Source of the DNA: Girardia tigrina
Lineage: Eukaryota
Length of the DNA stretch: 56,256 bases
NCBI GenBank assembly: GCA_001938485.1
Contig: MQRK01235035.1
Location: 1 to 56,256, forward strand
Direction: 5' to 3'
Positions 52,990 through 56,256 of this stretch are shown here, piece by piece. The position numbers and the translations under genes are program-made. Below the pieces are notes generated by a model. That model searched no databases, was not told the DNA's origin, and saw only the letters and a program-made list of their open reading frames with translations. Position 1 is the first letter of the stretch; each line of letters starts with the position of its first letter.

Positions 52990-54300
52990 TGGTATTTCAG
53001 CGACGCTGACCGCGATGCCTTTGAAGTTAAGCGTCCGTCTTTGCTTACACCACCGGATCCGACCACAACACGTGTGTTAAAGTTTTCTGAATTATTTTTG
53101 GGGCTACGCTCAACCCAAATCCGAGCCTGGTTAGACACTAAGATTTATTTTTATGATTTACGACTTGGTAAGACCACAGCAATTTGTCGACTATGATTTT
53201 CAAGTATGCCCGCCGCGGATCCACAATAACTAGGTTTCGTCCCATTCAGCACCAGGCTCTCGGCCGTGTAGTTGGAAGTTGACTCATTGAGTTTCATGTA
53301 ATCGAGAACCCGCCGAACTTTTTCTTTCGCCTCTTGCAACATTGCTATGAGAGGCAATGTCAGTTGCCATTGACCTTCACACTTCAGCATCAATTCTTTC
53401 GCTTTCCAGTTGTCGATTTCGGCACTAATCTCAATTTCGTGCAATCGTACTCAGCTACAATGTTGCGAACTGGCGGCACCCGCCCATATTTCCATTTCCT
53501 CGTGGCGGACCACGACGATACATCAAACACCACCCTGAAATCTTGATCAACGATACGAGTTGGCACAACGCTCTTCACTGCACTTATCCCGTTTCCCTGT
53601 CGATTTTTCTTGGTACTCGCTGGTGCTGCTACGGCATCCACGGGCGGTTCTTTCTGATCGCCTTTAAACTCATTCTGCTCTGGTTGAGATTTAATCACCT
53701 TGCAGCACAGAAACTGGTTCTTTCTCCTGCGACGCCTACGTTCATCCCTCCAATCGTCTTGATTACATCCATTCCTAAATTCATCTCCACTCCAATTGAT
53801 TTCAAACTTTGAGCCAACAAGACCTATTATTTCAACTGCTGCTCCCACACCTCAATCTCCATCTACGATCCATGCGTTACCACCGCCTGTCCAAGCCCTG
53901 TTTGCTAATTTTCGGATACCCGTTAAACTCGATCCGGTCGCACCAAGCGCTGCTCCATCATTTTACTGAATGCCCGTGTCGACCAGTGCTCCCACCATCT
54001 GCCCTGCGACGCGCACATCGACCATGGGCTACTGCGCATCGATATTCACAGGTACCCTACCTGCACAGAAGAGAGGGTCTGTTGATCTTTTCCCAACTTT
54101 TGATTTCTTTGCGGGCAGATCACGCAAAAATGATCTGATGTGCCGCATATAAAGCACACTCCGAAATTCTGAACCGATGACGGGTTTTGTTTCACTTCTG
54201 ACGTCATCTTGCAGTTCCGTTGAAGGTGACCATGCTGGTTGCATTTTAACCACCGTCTATTATCGAGCCGTAATTGATATTCCACGCTGATGCTACCACT
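52990..54300 (-). mobile_element. Gypsy-type gag-PR-RT remnant
   Basis: Knuckles LKCNQHGHLQRNC and CFICGTSDHFCVIC; ALVDTG protease; LPLIAMLQEAKEKVRRVLDY and TRLGFGLSVAPKI in RT. Confidence 0.85.
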
Positions 54301-54328
54301 CTACCTGCTAACGGCTCAACTGCCTTGA

Positions 54329-54362
54329 TTATTATTATTATTAATAATAATTATTATTATTA

Positions 54363-54393
<31 letters not shown>
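54329..54393. repeat. (ATT)n/(AAT)n microsatellite, partly self-complementary
   Basis: Direct reading. Confidence 0.8.
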
Positions 54394-55384
54394 CATTGAT
54401 AACAGAGTGTGTGGTGCAGTGGTGTGACTGCGGCGGATTGGTGACGGTGGCGACTCTATTGGCAGAGGGGAAGAACAAAATAATATCTCACGCGGAAAGA
54501 GAGGAAATCAAATAGAGTAATTTTTTTGTTTTTTAAGGTCATTAAATTCCGTGTCCTAGTTATTACTTAGTTAAACTTTATAGCCACAATTTTTCACACT
54601 TATTTTACAAAAATGATTATAAAAAATTTTTACATTATAAAAAACATTTTACATTATCACATTTATAATGTTCTATAGAAATAGTTAAATTTTTAAGTAA
54701 TATCAAGTCAATATTTAGTAAATATTGACGAGCTGACATAACATTCGACTCTCGCTAATCAGTGCATTATGTCACCGAATAAACGTGATTCTGGGGGATC
54801 ATCGAATTTGACCGGATTTAAGAATGTTGAAAATGTCATTCTTTAATCCAATCAAATATTACTAATCCTTTTTGATTTTTTTTTCAAAATATAAAGCATT
54901 AAAATTTTTATTAGTGTAGGAGAGAACGGAAGGTTTAAATGGCTTTGGTTTGAAAGTTATTTGTAAAATATTTAATGAAAAATGAACAGAAAAATATGAA
55001 TGTTTTATTTTTAATTTCAATCATGGAACTCATTTTTTACAGTCTTTCAATTGTGATTTAAATATCACGTATTTTACTTTAGTTTTTATAACTTAAAACT
55101 TCACATAAAAATATTTTATTATTTAAACGTCTCGAAGCAAAATGATCTATCATTTTTTAAACTGCAACCTTTTATGATTTTTTTCCGTTAAAATTATTAT
55201 TTATTTAAATTTTATAAGCCCGAAATTTTACTGTTAATCTAATAAAAACCATTTAGATATGCATTTCTCTATAACTTATTATATTTTCATCTGCTCTTTT
55301 TGTGTTTTAACTAATTCATTAAAGGAGATATGACTACGAGATTTTTGACAAAATGTTGAGACCTTCTAATTCTTTCCCCGCCAA

Positions 55385-55561
55385 CAGTAGTGGTAAAAAT
55401 AAGGTTATAATCCAAACGCAATTATTTTTAAAAAAACTAATTTAAAAAAAATAAATATATATTATATGCCATCAAAGATGGCATAAAAATATTTTTTTTC
55501 TTAATTTATTTTTCTTAAAAATATTTACCTCTAACTTATAACCTTATTTTTACCACTACTG
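55385..55561. mobile_element. 177-bp foldback MITE
   Basis: Perfect 26-bp TIR CAGTAGTGGTAAAAATAAGGTTATAA; central hairpin tatgccatc aaa gatggcata. Confidence 0.8.
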
Positions 55562-55604
55562 TAAAATAAATATTTTAAAATTTTAAAATTTTAATTCGAT
55601 CAAT

Positions 55605-55715
55605 AAAATTTTTTTTATTCAAAATTATTTTTTATTCAAAATTTTTTTTTATTCAAAATTTTTTTTATCTAAATTATTTTTATCTAAAATTATTTTTAAA
55701 AACTCAAATTATTTC
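55605..55715 (+). repeat. ~16-bp tandem repeat (AAAATTTTTTTTATTC), about 6 decaying copies
   Basis: Direct reading; immediately upstream of the ATPase ATG. Confidence 0.75.
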
Positions 55716-55723
55716 TAATAAAA

Positions 55724-56256
55724 ATGGATTATAAAAATTCAAAAAATTCAAACAATAATTGTAATCAAAACTCATTCACTCCAAAAGTATTAAATTTATA
55801 CAAATCGGATTTTACTAATCGATTCTTTCCGTCTAATTTTCGTTTACTTCTAATTGGTGAATCCGGATGTGGAAAAAACGTATTATTAATGGAAATGTTA
55901 ACAAGACCTGGATTTTTAGATTACACAAATCTAATATTTTATTCTACAACAGTAAATCAACCAGAATTACTTCTTTTAAAATATGCATTCCAAAATGGAA
56001 TAACAAAAGAAGGAATAATTAATATTTTTGAAAATCAAGAATTATTATATAGAATAGCAAAAAATGAATTAGGAATTAATCATATTCCATCTCCAGAAAT
56101 ATTAGTAGAAACATATTTAAAATTAGTTAAATTAAAATTTAGTGAAGAATATAGAAATCTTGTATTAAATTTAAATATTGAAAAAAGAATAAAAGTACAA
56201 TTTACAAATAAACCAGCAGATATTCAATCTTGTGATGATTTACCAAAAAAAGAAAA
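55724..56256 (+). CDS. Polinton/Maverick (adintovirus)-type A32-like packaging ATPase, 5' part, runs off the window
   Basis: 177 open codons: FPSNFRLLLIGESGCGKNVLLMEMLTRPGFLDYTNLIFYSTTVNQPE...; Walker A at 55856-55879; FLDY-NL and NQPE segments as recalled for Polinton ATPases. Confidence 0.75.
   Translation, partial: MDYKNSKNSNNNCNQNSFTPKVLNLYKSDFTNRFFPSNFRLLLIGESGCGKNVLLMEMLTRPGFLDYTNLIFYSTTVNQPELLLLKYAFQNGITKEGIINIFENQELLYRIAKNELGINHIPSPEILVETYLKLVKLKFSEEYRNLVLNLNIEKRIKVQFTNKPADIQSCDDLPKKE

Noticed and set aside
53334-54152. Several plus-strand ORFs
   Set aside because: Antisense shadows of the Gypsy gag-pol remnant

Overview
AT-rich eukaryotic (animal-like) genomic DNA with 8 assembly gaps; the species cannot be identified from the sequence. 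It holds two intact host genes. One is an 8-exon MAPKAP kinase 2/3-type gene (7844..47778, +, 343 aa), assembled by hand and missed by the ORF track; its introns alternate between 52-57 nt and 3.9, 25 and 9.9 kb. The other is an RPS16 with an uninterrupted CDS starting 385 bp downstream. Most of the rest is layered transposon debris: three Gypsy-type LTR remnants, two probable solo LTRs with TG...TA ends, several mariners, two MULEs, a Tigger/pogo, hAT, piggyBac and Tc1/pogo-type MITEs, an RTE-like LINE, Penelope fragments with decayed hammerhead-ribozyme motifs, and Helentron-like repeats. Less obvious items are a shattered NFKBIL1-like pseudogene inside kinase intron 6, a decayed RPS16 3' copy next to a hammerhead motif, and an open Polinton/adintovirus-type packaging ATPase ORF running off the right edge. 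Family assignments come from recalled motifs, not database searches.
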